Origin: Narcine bancroftii
Taxonomy: Eukaryota
Length of the DNA: 64,000 nucleotides
Direction of reading: 5' to 3'
NCBI RefSeq assembly: GCF_036971445.1
Contig: NC_091476.1
Location: forward strand, 102,858,001 to 102,922,000
Shown here: positions 14,440-28,400 of the stretch, piece after piece
Numbering within the stretch: the first letter of the stretch is position 1
Layout of the letters: every line of letters starts with the position of its first letter
Program-made: the position numbers and the translations under genes
Notes under the pieces: model-generated
Told to the model about the DNA's origin: nothing
Seen by the model: only the letters and a program-made list of their open reading frames with translations
Database searches by the model: none

Positions 14440-14640
14440 GTATGGCTAACATGGTGGTGCAGAAGTTAGAGATGGTTCTGCACAGCTCCTGTCACCCAAG
14501 CTTGGGTGCTATCTGCGTTGAGTCTGCACATGGGATTTTCTGGGGTTATTCCTGGATAGTCCTAATTCCTCCCATATTCCAAAGACATGCTGGTAACTGC
14601 CATAAATTTCCTCCATATTGTGGGTAGCAGTCTAGGGGAA
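14440..14640 (+). mobile_element. Degenerate tRNA-derived SINE (HE1/V-SINE-like)
   Basis: GGTGGTGCAG...CACAGCTCC...GGAGTCTGCAC...TTCCTCCCATATTCCAAAGAC body resembling this family. Confidence 0.5.
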
Positions 14641-14929
14641 TGGGAAATTGTGGGAGAATAAATACAAAGAAAAAAGTGGAATTATGTTGATGAATGTTCT
14701 GAGTGCTGGAAAAGCCTTGACCAGCTAAGTGACTCTTTACATGTCATAAAAATATACATTTCAAAACATTATACTGCAGAAATGGATAAACTGTGCTATA
14801 ATAGTCTTAGTTGGCTAATTGTGATTGCTATGGCTGCTTATCTTTTAAGAATAGTTGTGCATTGCTTGGATTGGTCACGTCAACATGTGCTATTTTATGC
14901 TCATAAGTTTCCTTTGGCTCATAATTGAA

Positions 14930-15530
14930 ATGGAACACTGATCAGTACTGTACAGGAACATACCCTTCGGCCCACAATGTCTGCACTAAACATGATACCA
15001 AATTGAATGAAATGCATTCTGCCTGAACATGATTCATATCTCTCCATTACCTTCCTATTGATGTGTGTTTATCTCCAAGATGCTTGAATTCTGCTATCAT
15101 ATTTGCATCCACCACTACCACTAGGAGCTTGTTTCAGACACCTACAACTCAGTGTAAAAAAAGCTTGCCTGCAAATCTCCTTAAACTTTTGCCCCTCACG
15201 TTAAAGGCATGTCTTCTAGTATTTGATATTTTACCCTATCCCTCTCACAATGTTATGGATTTTATTAGGTTTCCCCTCAGTCTTCAATGTTCCACAAAAA
15301 ACAACCCAAGTTTTCCCAATCTCTCCTTGTACTTCATGCACGCTAATCCTGGCAGCATCTTAGTTAATCTTTTGTGTATCCTTTGTAAAGTTCCCACATC
15401 CTTCCTGCAAAGTGGTGAACAGAAAAGAACACAATATTCCAAGTGTGACCTGACCAATGAATTATATAGCTGCAACATGTCTTCCTTCATCTGATAGTCA
15501 ATGTTCTGCCCAATGAAACGAAGCACACTA
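14930..15530 (-). mobile_element. CR1 LINE 3' fragment
   Basis: LYNSLVRSHLEYCVLFCSP...KRLTKMLPGL on the minus strand. Confidence 0.85.
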
Positions 15531-15720
15531 TTCACCTGTTTTTCCTTTTCTCAAATTAAACTTCATCTGTCACATTCTGCTCATGAAACCAACTGTGTTA
15601 TATTCAGCTGTATTCTTTGATAGGCCTTTACATTGTTCTAACTCCACCAATCTATGTGTCACCTGCATACCTACTAACCCACTCATCTTTTTCACTTCAA
15701 CTATTGCCAAATTAGTATAC

Positions 15721-16035
15721 CGTGACAGATTATGTTGTGTTTGTATTATATATAGATGTTTTTGGGAGATAAATTGGGGCAGGTTTTTTTTAGTGTAGGT
15801 CATATACAAACATTTTAAAACAGATCTTATTTAAAAACCTGGAGCGTGTTAATGTCAAACCCAGAGCCTTTGCAAAAGCTTTGGAGAGTACCCAAGAGAT
15901 TTCACTAATGGATTGTCATTTACAAAAAGGCAACAGATGAAGGAAATTGTCAGAGCCACAGATTTTCTAGAACTTGCTGCTCCAGGAGGGTCATGTGGTT
16001 TTGCAATCAGAGGGAGTCAAACAGGCTTTTCTCTC

Positions 16036-16070
<35 letters not shown>

Positions 16071-16779
16071 CAGAGAGACAGAGATCAATTCTGCATTTAT
16101 ACAGTCAGCAGGAGCAGCTGCGACAGGAACAGGACAAGCTGGCAAGCTTGTGGAAAACCCTATTTGGAAGGCAGGTTGCAAGTGCTTAGTTCAGCCTGGT
16201 CAAAGCCCGTGTTGTTCATGCAAGATGAGCGGACTGGCTACCAAAAGTTTCACTTGAAATAAGAGAAACAAAAAGGAACTCTGTGGTGACCTGAAAGAAA
16301 GAGGTTATCATCTGGAGAACCCTGAGGGTGCAGGTTTCTTTGGCAAGACACTGAAGTGGCTGATTAAAAAGGAATCAGTTGTGGGTGTCCAGTGAACAAC
16401 AAATATCTCTCTGAAAACCGACAAGAACCTTCCTGAGCAGTAACCATTTACTTTTCAAACACCAAAGCCTGTGAACTTTATAAATGTTAAATTCTGTGCA
16501 CAGTATAAGAATTGCCTGCAACCAGTAAACTTGGAGGAATGAGAAGTGAGATTGGACTGTGAATCAAATAACTTTTCTAAACTTACACACACATTACATA
16601 CACATGCGCTTAGAATTAGAAGGGAGTTAAGTTAGGTTAGTTAAGTCAATAGTGATAAGTTAAAGTGTGATTTTGTTTTCATGTTTAAAGATCATTAAAA
16701 GCAACTTTTGTTTAAGTAAACATTTGTCTTGGTGAATATCTATTGCTGCTGGGTTTTGGGGTCCTATGGGCTCATAACA
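15721..16779 (+). mobile_element. Solo-LTR-like element with a 4-bp TSD (ATAC) and an internal (AG)n run
   Basis: (C)GTGACAG...CATAACA ends flanked by ATAC/ATAC; related copies at 27466, 52876 and 60737. Confidence 0.7.
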
Positions 16780-16812
16780 ATACAACGATCTTCTTCAAGG
16801 CTCCAGCAATCC

Positions 16813-19800
16813 AGGAAGGAGTTTAACGCAGCAAAATCGACCCTATGGAAAAAAGGTTATAAATTTATGTTAAGATATCCAGCGGTGCTTAAAATAGTTA
16901 TCCCGGGGCACCAAAACAGACTGTTCTAATCTGGAGAAAGCGCGAGAATTTGCAGAACGCCTGCAAGACAGAAAGAGAGATGAAGAACAAAGAACGACGA
17001 CAAATTACATATAAAGATGTAAAAATAATGTACAAGTAAGAACTAAAAGAGGGAAGAAAAGGGAAGTAAGGGAGAAGAAGAGGGGGAGCTTTGTTGTAAT
17101 GTGAAGATAAAAGTCTTTTCTGGAGGGGGTTGGATAGAAGAGAATAACAGTCACTTCAAAATCAGTTGACACTTGCGAACGAGTTCGCAGTCCGAAAGGA
17201 AAGGGGAGTTGCGGTTGCCCGTCAAAGGACGAGGGGTGACTCAGAGAGGTGGGGGTGGACACTTGGGATTAGGGGAATTTTAAATGTGGGAATGGTTAAA
17301 ATATTTTATGTTTTAGAAGTGTTGTCATACACAGTGCGTTCAAAAAAAGAAAACTGAGAAATGAAAATGGGGAAAAGGGAAAAGGTGGTGGTGAGGAAGT
17401 GGAAATGAGATGTAAACAGAGTATGAGATGGCCATGTTGAACTATATGACTATAAATATTAACAGAATACATAACCAAATTAAAAGGAAGAGGCTATTAA
17501 ATTTACTGAAAAAAGAAAAAAATAGATATAGCATTCGTGCAGGAAACGCATCTAACTGAAGTGGACACAATAAATTAAGGAGAGACAGGGTAGGGCACAT
17601 AACGGCAGCATCATATAACTCAAAAGCCAGAGGTGTAGCTATATTAATCAATAAAAATGTACCAATTAAAATAGAGGAAGAAATAATAGATCCAGCAGGG
17701 AGATATGTAATGATAAAATGTCAGATATATTCAGAGCTCTGGAATTTGATCAATATATATGCACCTAATGAAGAGATTCAAAAATTTATGCAAGATATTT
17801 TTTTGAAGATTGTAGATACGCAGGGGAATATATTGTTAGGAGGGGACTTTAACCTTAATTTGGATTCAAAGGTGGATAAAACTGGACAAAAGACTAGCAG
17901 AAAAAAACAAAGTAGCCAAATTTATGGTAAATCAATGCAGGAAATGCAACTTTTGGATATATGGAGGAGACAACACCCAAAGGAGAAGGAATACTCATAT
18001 TATTCGAGTAGACATAAAACATACTCAAGGATTGACCTGTTCCTGTTGTCAGCCCATATCCAATGGAGAGTTAGGAAAACGGAATATAAAGCTAGATTGT
18101 TATCTGATCACTCACCCCTGTTATTAGCAATCGAACTGGAGGACATCCCACCAAGAACATATAGATTGAAATTAAACTCCATGCTACTTAAAAGACAGGA
18201 TTTTAGAGAATTTATTGAGCGCCAAATTAAAATGTATTTTGAAATAAATACGGAATCAGTGAAAGACAAATTTATATTATGGGAAAGCCTTCATCAGAGG
18301 GTAGATAATAAGTTACGTAACTAAAATGAAAAAGGACTACAATCGGGAAATAGAACAGCTGGAAAGGGAAATAGGAACTAGCAACAAGGGAAGATGCATC
18401 AAAAAGAAGAGAACTGGCAGACAAAAATATAAAGTATGAAACATTACAAACGTATAAAGTGGAGAAGAAGATAATGAAAATAAAGCAGAAGTATTATGAG
18501 CTAGGAGAAAAAAAAAAACGCATAAAATACTAGCCTAGCAACTTAAAACAGAACAAGCTAAAAGAACTGTATTGGCATCAAGGAAAAAGAGACAAACAAA
18601 TTACATATAACCCAACAGAGATCAATGAAAACTTTAAGGAATTCTACGAGCAATTATACCGAACTGAGAACGAAGGGAAAGAAGACAAAATAGATGAGTT
18701 TCTAGCTAATACTGAACTACTGAAATTGCAAGAAGAGGAGCAAAACAAATTGATAAAACCATTTGAAATAGAGGAGATACAAGATATATTAAAAAAGCTA
18801 CCGAACAATAAAACGCTTGGGGACGACAGACTCCCAATAGAATTCTATAAAACATTTAAAGAGTTACTAATTCCTCCTCTCCTGGAAGTAATGAACCAGA
18901 TAGAAGAAACACAAAACTTGTCAGATTTATGTAAAACAGCAATAATTACAGTAATACCAAAGTTGGGGAAAGATCCACTAACACCAGCATCGTATAGACC
19001 GATATCTCTACTTAACTCAGATTATAAGATAATAGCAAAACTATTAGCAAATAGATTGGCTGACTGTGTACCAAAAATAGTAAACTTAGATCAAACTGCA
19101 TTTATTAAGAAAAGACGAACAACGGACAATGTTTGTAAGTTCATTAACTTAATCCATGCAGAACAAGGAAATAAGACGCCAACAGTAGCTGTTGCTTTAG
19201 AAGCAGAGAAAGCCTTTGACAGGGTAGAATGGAATTATTTATTCAAAGTATTACAGAGATTCCACCTACCAGTGAAATATATTAATTGGATTAAAGCGTT
19301 ATATAAGGGCCCAATGGCAAAGGTGACAGTAAATGAATATATATCGAACCAATTTAAATTAAGCAGGTCAACTAGGCAGGGATGTCCACTATCTCCCTTA
19401 CTGTTCGTTTTAGCAATAGAACCACTGGCAGAATTGATAAGAACAGAAAATAAAATAAAAGGGATAAAAATAAAAGAGAGGGAATATAAAATCAGTCTAT
19501 TTGCAGATGACATCATAGTATACTTAACAGAACCAGAATTATCAATAAATGAATTACATAAGAAATTAAAAGAATATAGAGAAATATCAGAGTACAAGGT
19601 CAATGCAAATAAAAGTGAAGCGATGCCAATTAAATAATGCGGATTTCAACTTTAAGAATTATTATAGAGCAGCACAATTAAGATAGCTATCAGATTTTTA
19701 TCAAAGAAGGGAAAAACCAGATTGGACCAGGATAGAGCTAGATAAAATAGGGGAGAAGGTACCAGAACATATACTTTATAAGTGGGATGAAAAGCTGGTG

Positions 19801-22420
19801 CAACATGGCAATTCACCAGTACTACATCATCTGCTCAACATTTGGAAGAAGATTCACGTAGAAAGGAAAAAAAAAACAAATTACTGACTACCAAAATTAC
19901 TATTTTTTTTAAACTTTATTTATTCATTCAAAGAACAAATAATATGACATATACAGCAATTAAACATGAACCTTTTTTTAGATATATAAAGAAAAAGAAA
20001 AGATCCCCCCTTCAGCCAACTCCTAAGGAGAGTCATAAAAAAAGAAAAAATATTAAAAAAGTTAAATATACATATTAAAATCTAATCAATATAAATTGAA
20101 ATGTAAATATTCTGAGTATAACGACCACATTAATAGAAAAATTATAATTATCATGTGAAACATACATAATTTTTCCATTATTAAACAATATTTCATCTCA
20201 TTATGCCATCTATTAATATCAATCATATTTGTATCTTTCCACATACTAGCCATACATTTTTTCGCTACGGATAAAGCTAAATATACAAAAGCAAGCTAAA
20301 ACTTATCTAATCCCAAGTCTTTCAGAGGTTGCAAACTACCCAATAAAAATACTGTTGGATCTAAAACTATTTTAATCTTATACAGATATTCTAAAAACGA
20401 TTGAATTTTCTTGCAAAAGGATTGTATATATACACATGACCAAACAGCATGAAAAAAAGTTCCAACCATATCACCACATCTAAAACACAAATTTGATTCA
20501 TTAAAACCATATTTTTTTAATTTTTCAGGTGTCAAATATAATTGATGTAAAAAATTGTAATTAATCATTGCATAACGTGCATTTATCAATCTAGTTACAC
20601 TATCATAACAAATATCTAACCAATCCTCTTCAGAAAAAGTAAAACCAATATCCGCTTCCCATTTAATTTTAGATCTATCCCAACCCTTTTTATCCACACC
20701 ATCCTGTAATATTTGATACATAAATGAAATATAACCCTTCTCTGGTACCTTCATAAGAGAAGTCTCAATTTTAGTCATTTTAGGTAAAATCATATCTCTA
20801 CCAAACATACATTTTACCAAAGATCGAATTTGATAATAAAGAAATAAAGAATTCTTATCAATACCAAAATCTTCCCTCATCTGATTAAAAGATAAAAACT
20901 TACACTCTTTAAAACAATCTCCCAAATTTTCCACACCTTTAAATCTCCAATACAATAAACTTTGATTATGTATTGAAAAAGAAATGTTTATTATAGTTAA
21001 AGACAATAATTTACCCCTATCATTTTATTTTTCTTTATCCATAACTTCATTAAATGTTTTAATATAGGCACATTATTTGTAACAAATTCATATCCACCTA
21101 AACAAAAATTGATGTATTTCAAATTCAGAAATACTTGCCATCTCGATTTTAGCCCAACTAGGAGGCCGTACCAAATCCATCAATGAACTGATAAATTTAA
21201 GTTGGGATACCTCATAATAATAATTTTGAAAATGTGGTAAACGTAATCCCCCTAACTCATATTTCCTACCAAAATTACTATTGACACAAAATCAACTAAT
21301 CCCTTTCACAATAGATAACCTTTCATTTAGAGAATGGGAGAGAAAAGGGATTAAAAGAATAGAAAATTGTTTTTTGGGAAATAATTTATTATCATTTGAA
21401 CAAATGAAGTACAAATATGGAATAACTCACGGTACAATGCATACCACCAACTGAGAACCTACTTAAAGGACAAATTGGGAAGCAGGCTGAGGTTACCAGA
21501 AAGAAGCAGCTTTGAATACGTGATTACAGACACAATGATAATTAAAAGATTTATTACAAACATGTACATCAAGCTGCAAGAGAAAGAAAATGATGAAATT
21601 GGCTGTAAACCCAAACGAAAGTTGGAACAAGATCTAAACATAAAGATAAAAAATGAATTATGGGAAAAGCTATGCTCCGGAACTATGAAAAATACAATAA
21701 ACACGAGGTTACGCATGATACAATAGAATTGATTACACAGGCTATATACCACGCCCCAAAAGTTAAATAAATGGGACCCAACAGTATCAGATAGATGTTT
21801 TCGCTGTAAGAAGGAAATGGGAACAACAGTACATGCAATTTGGGCACGTGAGAAAGTGGAAAAGTTTTGGGAAGATCTAAATCAGGTATTAACTAAAATC
21901 ACAAAAAGCAACATACCAAAAAATCCAGAGAACTTTCTTCTCAGTAATACAAGAAGTAAAGAATTAGGCCTCGAACTGGATTTATTATGATAGCCTTAGC
22001 TGTATCAAAAAAATGTATAATGTTAACTTGGAAATCAGAAGAGAGCCTGAGAGTACAGCCATGGTACATAGAAATGAATAAATGTATTCCATTGGAAAAA
22101 ATAACGTATAATTTAAAAAATAAAGTCACATTATTTGAACAAACCCCTAAAATGATAGAATGAGAAGAAGACCAAATGAACTGACCCAGTGTGTAACAGT
22201 AGATGACATAATTTTCTTGTTTATTTTCATTGTGTGATGACATTGTTTAATGGGTTTATTGTATTGTATATGTTGAACGATTAATTTGTTTGTAGGGGGG
22301 TGGGAAGGAGGGAGGGGGGAAAAAGGGGAGAAAATGACACTGTATATTCAAGAGGGAAATGTTTTTGTGTATTTTGATTAATATGGTTCATAGTGTGAAA
22401 AATTAAAAAAATAAATAAAA
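16813..22420 (+). mobile_element. 5'-truncated L1/Tx1-clade LINE (ORF1 end + disrupted ORF2) with a 16-bp TSD
   Basis: NIYAPN, GGDFN, YSRID, SDH, YRPISLLNSDYKI, RQGCPLSPLLF, LFADD; A-rich tail; AAGGCTCCAGCAATCC at 16797-16812 and 22421-22436. Confidence 0.93.
19905..21265 (-). mobile_element. Antisense L1 3' fragment nested in the L1 above, 17-bp TSD
   Basis: CTACCAAAATTACTATT at 19888-19904 and 21266-21282; CFRCGD..GTFFHAVWSC zinc knuckle; AATAAA + poly(A) on the minus strand. Confidence 0.9.
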
Positions 22421-22439
22421 AAGGCTCCAGCAATCCCCT

Positions 22440-22930
22440 CTCATCACATGGATATATCCCATTAGGACTGAGGGACATCTACCTAGACCTAGAACTACCA
22501 CCTTCTTGATTTCAAAATGCTTTAAAAAAATTACACTGCTCTCTCTATGCTCCATATTCTTGTCCATTGTGAATTCCAAAGCAAAGTACTTACGTAGCAA
22601 CTTGCCCACTTCCCCTGACTCTAAACACAAATTCCCTCCTTTGTCCTTGAGTAGTCCTACCCTATCCCCAGTTATCCTCGTTTTTAATGCAAGTATAGCG
22701 ATTCTCTTTAATTCTTCTCCCAAGACATTTACTGGCCCATTTTGATCCTCCTAATGTGCTGTTTGAACTCTTTTCTCCTATTTTTATATTCCCCCAAGGA
22801 ATACATACGCTTCCTTTTCCTTTTGGCTAAATTTGTAACCTCTTTCATCATCAGTTTTCTTACCTTCCCATCCCTGCTCTTCTTCCTTAATCGAACATGG
22901 CGATCCTGGACTCTTACATGTCAGATGTGA
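22440..22930 (-). mobile_element. CR1 LINE internal fragment
   Basis: RVGLLKDKGGNLCLESGEVGKLLRKYF on the minus strand. Confidence 0.7.
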
Positions 22931-25429
22931 GATCAGTTGGTTCTTAAACAACTCTCACATGTCAAATAAATGTTCGTCCAAGTTTAGATGCTTAATGACA
23001 TTTGAGACAAGTTTCTATCACTACTTCAGAGTGCCCCGTCTGTACTCCTCCCTTGGACCTAGAAAAGCTAGATAATTTAAGGCCCGGAAAGTGGACAGTA
23101 CATACCTGACAACCTCCTTTTTTAAAAATCTCTTTTTAGTCTAGTCTTGAACTATCTTGTTTTCTTGCTCTCTAACCTTTTTCTATTTTTATTACTTTTT
23201 CCTCAAGGGGAGTGGAGTGGAGGGGAGGTACGGTTAATTAGTTATACATTTATCTTTGGTTGGTTGAGTTGCTGTCTTAAATTTTTTTTTTAAATTATAG
23301 TTATACATTCAATAGCTATTAATGGATGCATATTACTATTTTTTCGGAAACTTATTCTGTCCCTTGGACTGTTTGACTTGAAAATTTGTAAAATTAAAAA
23401 AGATTCCAACACTAAGCACCAATTATAAAGATGGAGCTTAATCTATATTCCTAGCAAATCTATATGGTTGAACCTTTGAGCCATATTAAAACAAGACCTT
23501 TCTTACTGTAGTTGAAGAGCTGGCTAGGTAATGTCACTCACAGAATGGAAAGACTCATGGATAAGAGGCAGGTCAGCTCAAGTTTAAACCTGCTGATGTG
23601 TTCCAAAGTACTACTTGCACGACTGAATCTTTCAGAGTATCAACTTCCTTATTGAATGTGGATGTCATTTAAATGTATACTGATTTTACCCTTATTCAAT
23701 GACCAGATAAATAGATCTTACAGAAGGGTCATGGGATCTAACCAACACGAGGGATCTGTGATTATTTTCTAACCCAGAAGCAAAACGCTCACTCTGGTGC
23801 CTGTATTGCCGTGGATAAATGGTATCCTCACAGCAACTGAAGGAATGGATATAATTTGTACATAATGTGTAGCAGTTTCACTCAACAAAATTTTTAAAAA
23901 TCAACATGAACAGAACATTTTAAACTTTTTAAATAAAGAAACCAAGTAAATTATTTATGAGGAAACAAGTGGTAATTTTTGGAGAAGAGCTTTTGATACC
24001 TTTGTATAGTTTCTCTTTCATGTTTCATTTTGATTCTTTTATGTTATTATTTTAACTTACTTCCACAACACTTTTATACACTCTAATAACAGGTCATAAT
24101 ATTTCACTGCATTATTTTACTTTCTCTAAAGATAACAAACAAGGTTAATCTCGAGGTAGCTGAACTCTTCTGTTACTTATACTATTCGAGCAATTTTCTT
24201 CTGCGCTTATTTTTAATGGAAAATCAACGTAAAAAGGATTTTGAATAATCTGGCCTTATTCCTACGATGGAACTGAATCATATTTCTAATTAAAAGAAAG
24301 GTCAAGACTCGATATATAATGTAAATCAGTATTGAGTTTCAGCAACAAACTATATTGTTGTGTTTAAACCGCTGAAGCAGGATGTGAATCTACAATCCCT
24401 GTGGCGACCAGTTAACCAAGCTGGTCACTTAAAGTGACAAATGGGGAGAGGCGAGATGAAGAAGAATATATTTTATTAATTCCCAACCCATTTGCTGCAA
24501 GTGATTTTCTCTAACAGCAATTTCATTAGAACTTAACCTCCCCCAATTTAAAAACCGGTTGCATTATGTATTTTATCAGTTTCCCATTTCTGGATATCTG
24601 TCATTCAATAAATGAACTTTCTGAGTTACTCCATTAGATTTCAGACTGCACCATATTACAGTATCAGTATGGCCTATTCTACTTTAAAACATTAGTATTT
24701 AACACTTCATTAATCTGTACATTGAATACTTCAAAACTGAAGACACTTGATTAGATTTACTAAGTGCAGCAATGACAGTCCCTTATAAAACCTGTAAAGA
24801 TAGCAGAATGGAAACTATTACCCTGCGGCAAGGAATGATACAGGAGTTATTCTAATAATTGTGCAGACCAGCCCATCTCAATATGAAACATTCTTTGGAA
24901 GAAGTCTTGCCCAAGTATCTTCTTAAGAGAGGAAATCCTTTTATAAGTACATCAATGCTATTATCAGGAGTCTGGTGACTCTGGGGGGACTCTCTTTTGC
25001 TTCTCTTTCTCGGACTGAAAGTCTGACTGCAAGAAATGTAAGAGGCGCTTAGGCAATTTCTGCTGGTGGCAAATCTGTCTGCCTTGCAGCAGGCAAAAAG
25101 AAATTTCATGTATTATCTCTATGATAATAAATTTAATCTTGAATCTTAAACATGATCTGCTGAAGGAATTCAATAGGTCAAACAGCATCAGGGGAGAGAA
25201 AGAATTTGCAATGTTTTAGGACAGAACCCTTCATCGAAACTAAGAATTCAGAGGTATTCTGAATTCTGGTATAATGAGGATAAGGTGCAACAGGTTGGAT
25301 AGGATCCTGGAGAGGATTGGTGAATCAGGAAAGGATGAAGGATGACAGAACCATAGTTAGAACCTCCCCAACATCAGCAGTCTGAGTCTTATGGCTTCAT
25401 TTCTTTACAAGCAAGCCTACTTCCTTTGC

Positions 25430-28400
25430 TTAATTTTCATATTGGAAAAGGTCAGCCGTATCATCGTCCATCCATTCACTCATTTCTGTCAGGATCACAT
25501 CCAGTGCCTGTTCAATATAAACAGAGGGCAATCATCATTAATTTAATGGTGCCTGACTGGAAAACTCACTGGAAGTAATGGGCTGCATTACAGTCTAGAT
25601 TCCTCACTCTCAATAACCCTTCTGAATTTTGAAGAACATTTTCAGTAAAAAAGATTGAAAATGTCAGAGGGGAAAAACTGTAATTGCAACAATATTCCAT
25701 TACCATTGTGTATTATCACCGCATAATAATGATGTAAAAAAATAACGATGGCACTGCCAGACTGCGGACTACTGTGGACTCAGGAGAGCGGTGGGTGAAG
25801 ACACAGCGGGTGGTCCAAAGGTTTCAAGCCCAGTCCTAATGCCTGCGACTTTAGCAGGCTTTAAAAGGCCTGCTAAAGGAGTCAAAAGTGTTTGTAAGTA
25901 AAATCTTGCAACTGTGAGGTCTGTGCCCAAGATTGCAGTGCCTCTACTGGACAGCGGCCTTGAGGGATGGCAGACTCTGGAGGAGCAGCGGAACAGAGCA
26001 GGGCACCAAGAAAGGGGAGAATAAACCCGAATGTGAAGGAGAAGAATGGGAGATGGCCCTACAGGAGAGTGATCATGGCAGCGGACCAGCGAGGGTCTAA
26101 GTGGCTGAGGGACCCACACAGCCTGTGGGCGTCTTACAGTTAGGGGACCCACATGGGCTGCGTGTTGCTGAATACTGGTTCATGGGAACCAGATATTGAT
26201 GCCAAGGTTCAAGAGGATGCTGAGGGCAAGAAGGACTCGGTTGCTGAAGGCTTCTTGATTGTGTCGGAGTTTGGATCTTGAGCTCGGACTGCCAATGAAT
26301 CGAACAGGAATCTGTACAGCTGTAGATGCTGCAGGTATGCTGGAGGTTAATCCACAGACACTCAGTGTCCCTGAAGGGACTCTCTTTTGTTTCTCTTTCT
26401 CTCATTTAAGGGGCACTGGACAATACTAATGCTGACTCTTTGTCTGCCTTGTGGCAGGTTACAGTATATCACGTATGTTACATTTTTAATGTATTATTTC
26501 ATGATAATAAAAGGAACCATATTTTATTGGTTGTTCATAACATTCATTAATGTGCATGCAAGATGGAACAATCCTTTAATTTGTCAAGCTTCCTCAAAGT
26601 TGATCAGTGTTGGAACTGAAATCGAGTCACGAGTAATTTATGGTGCATTGGAAAAGAGATAGAAGCACATTTTACAGTAAAACAGTTGGATTGTTCCTTA
26701 AACTGTTGTACCTGCTCCAGTAGTATTTGAGGACATTGTATAGAGCAGCCAGCTTGTGCTGGTAGTGAGTGTTTGAACAGAAATTGTTTCTTAAAATCCC
26801 CTGATCTGACAATTACAAGAATCACAAAAATTATTTTTTTAAAAATGAGAAAAAAATAATGATTTTATGTTGTGTTTGTAAAGTATCAGGTTCGGTGGGT
26901 TCACAGAGAGACAGGTCTGATGCAAGTGTTGCAATTAAAGGTAATTTTATTAAACACATGGGTGACAGAACAGGGGAAGACATCAAACTAATGATTCCCA
27001 AAGTGGGTGCTGCCACCCCACGGTAGGCAGTGAAAAGATCCAAGAGGGTGGTGAGGGAAAAAGGGGGTGATTAGGGAGCACTGAGATAAAAGGGGCCAGT
27101 CTGAACCTTCCGTCTTGTTGTTATTCAGTTTGTTGCAAAGTTTAATGAAAAAGCCACTGCAGAAATTTTTTTTAGCCAGAGTCGGGGTGGCAATAATGAG
27201 CAAAATAAACGGCGACAAGGATTCTCACGAGAGTTGGTCTCGGTGGTCACAATGTTGTACTGGTGTCACTACCCCCCCCTCTCAGCACCGCCACTATCCC
27301 CCCCCACCCTGTTCAATGCTATCACTAACCCCCCCCCCCCCCCGCTCAACGCTGCCACTACCCTTGGCGCTGCCATTAACCCTGGAGTGGCAGCCTCAAA
27401 AAGTTTGGGAACCACTGCATCAAATGATACTTAATTACTCTACTACTATATAACTATATACATATTGTTACAGACTCCAGAGGACCCCAAAATCCAGCAG
27501 CAATAGATATGCACCACGACACAAAGGGGTACTTAAACAAAAGTAGTTTTTAATTATAATTGAACAAGGAAACAGAATTGGACATTAACTTATTACTATC
27601 AACTTACTTAACCTACTTAATTCCCCCCCTCTAATACTAAGTGCAGGTGTGTGTAATGTAATTTAAGATTAGAAAAGTTCTTGAATCACAGTCCAATCTC
27701 ACTGGTTGCTGGCAATTCTTGGACTGTGCACAGAAGTTAGCATTAACAAAGTTCACCAGGCTTTGGTGCTTAACAGGCAAAGGGTTACCACTCAGGAGGA
27801 TTCTTGCTGATTTTCAGGACATCTGCAACTGATTCCTTCTCATTCAGTCTTGCTGACGAACTTGCCCCTTTCAGGGTTTTCCAGATGATCCTCTTTCTTT
27901 CAGGTCACCTTTCAGACAGACAGTCTTCTCTTTGATCAGACAGTCTTCCCAAAGTTTGCCAGCTTTGTCCTTCTGGAACTGATTTCTGTCTCCTCTCTCT
28001 CTGTTTTACACCCTCCCTCTCTGAGAGCAAAACTGTTCTCTCCCTGGCTGCAAAGATCACAGGCTCTTCCAGGCAAGCTGCTGCTGTTGCTACTTTGTTA
28101 TATTTTTGCAAAAACCATTGTGCAAAAGTCCTGCAAATATTCTGTGTTTTATAATGTGTGTGTGCAAGCTGCTCTAGCGATTCCTCCCAAGTCACCTCTA
28201 AATACTCTGTCACAACATTCACATCAAACCTAGGATGGACTCTGATACCAGTAGCTGCCCATCTTCTACGAGACAAAAACGATAACAGTGCAAGCAGGCA
28301 CATTGGGTACAAGGGACTCTGATATTGGTGGCTGCTTACCCTACTACACTCTCCCATACACATACACACTTAACAGACAAGGACTTTCAAACACACTCCT

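Noticed and set aside
17710-19637. Longest ORFs (204 and 303 aa) as host genes or a novel RT system
   Set aside because: They are L1 endonuclease and RT fragments, frameshifted and bounded by TSDs and a poly(A) tail.
27265-27365. C-rich quasi-tandem repeats resembling an array
   Set aside because: Low-complexity interior of a hAT-like MITE; no CRISPR-like repeat-spacer structure.
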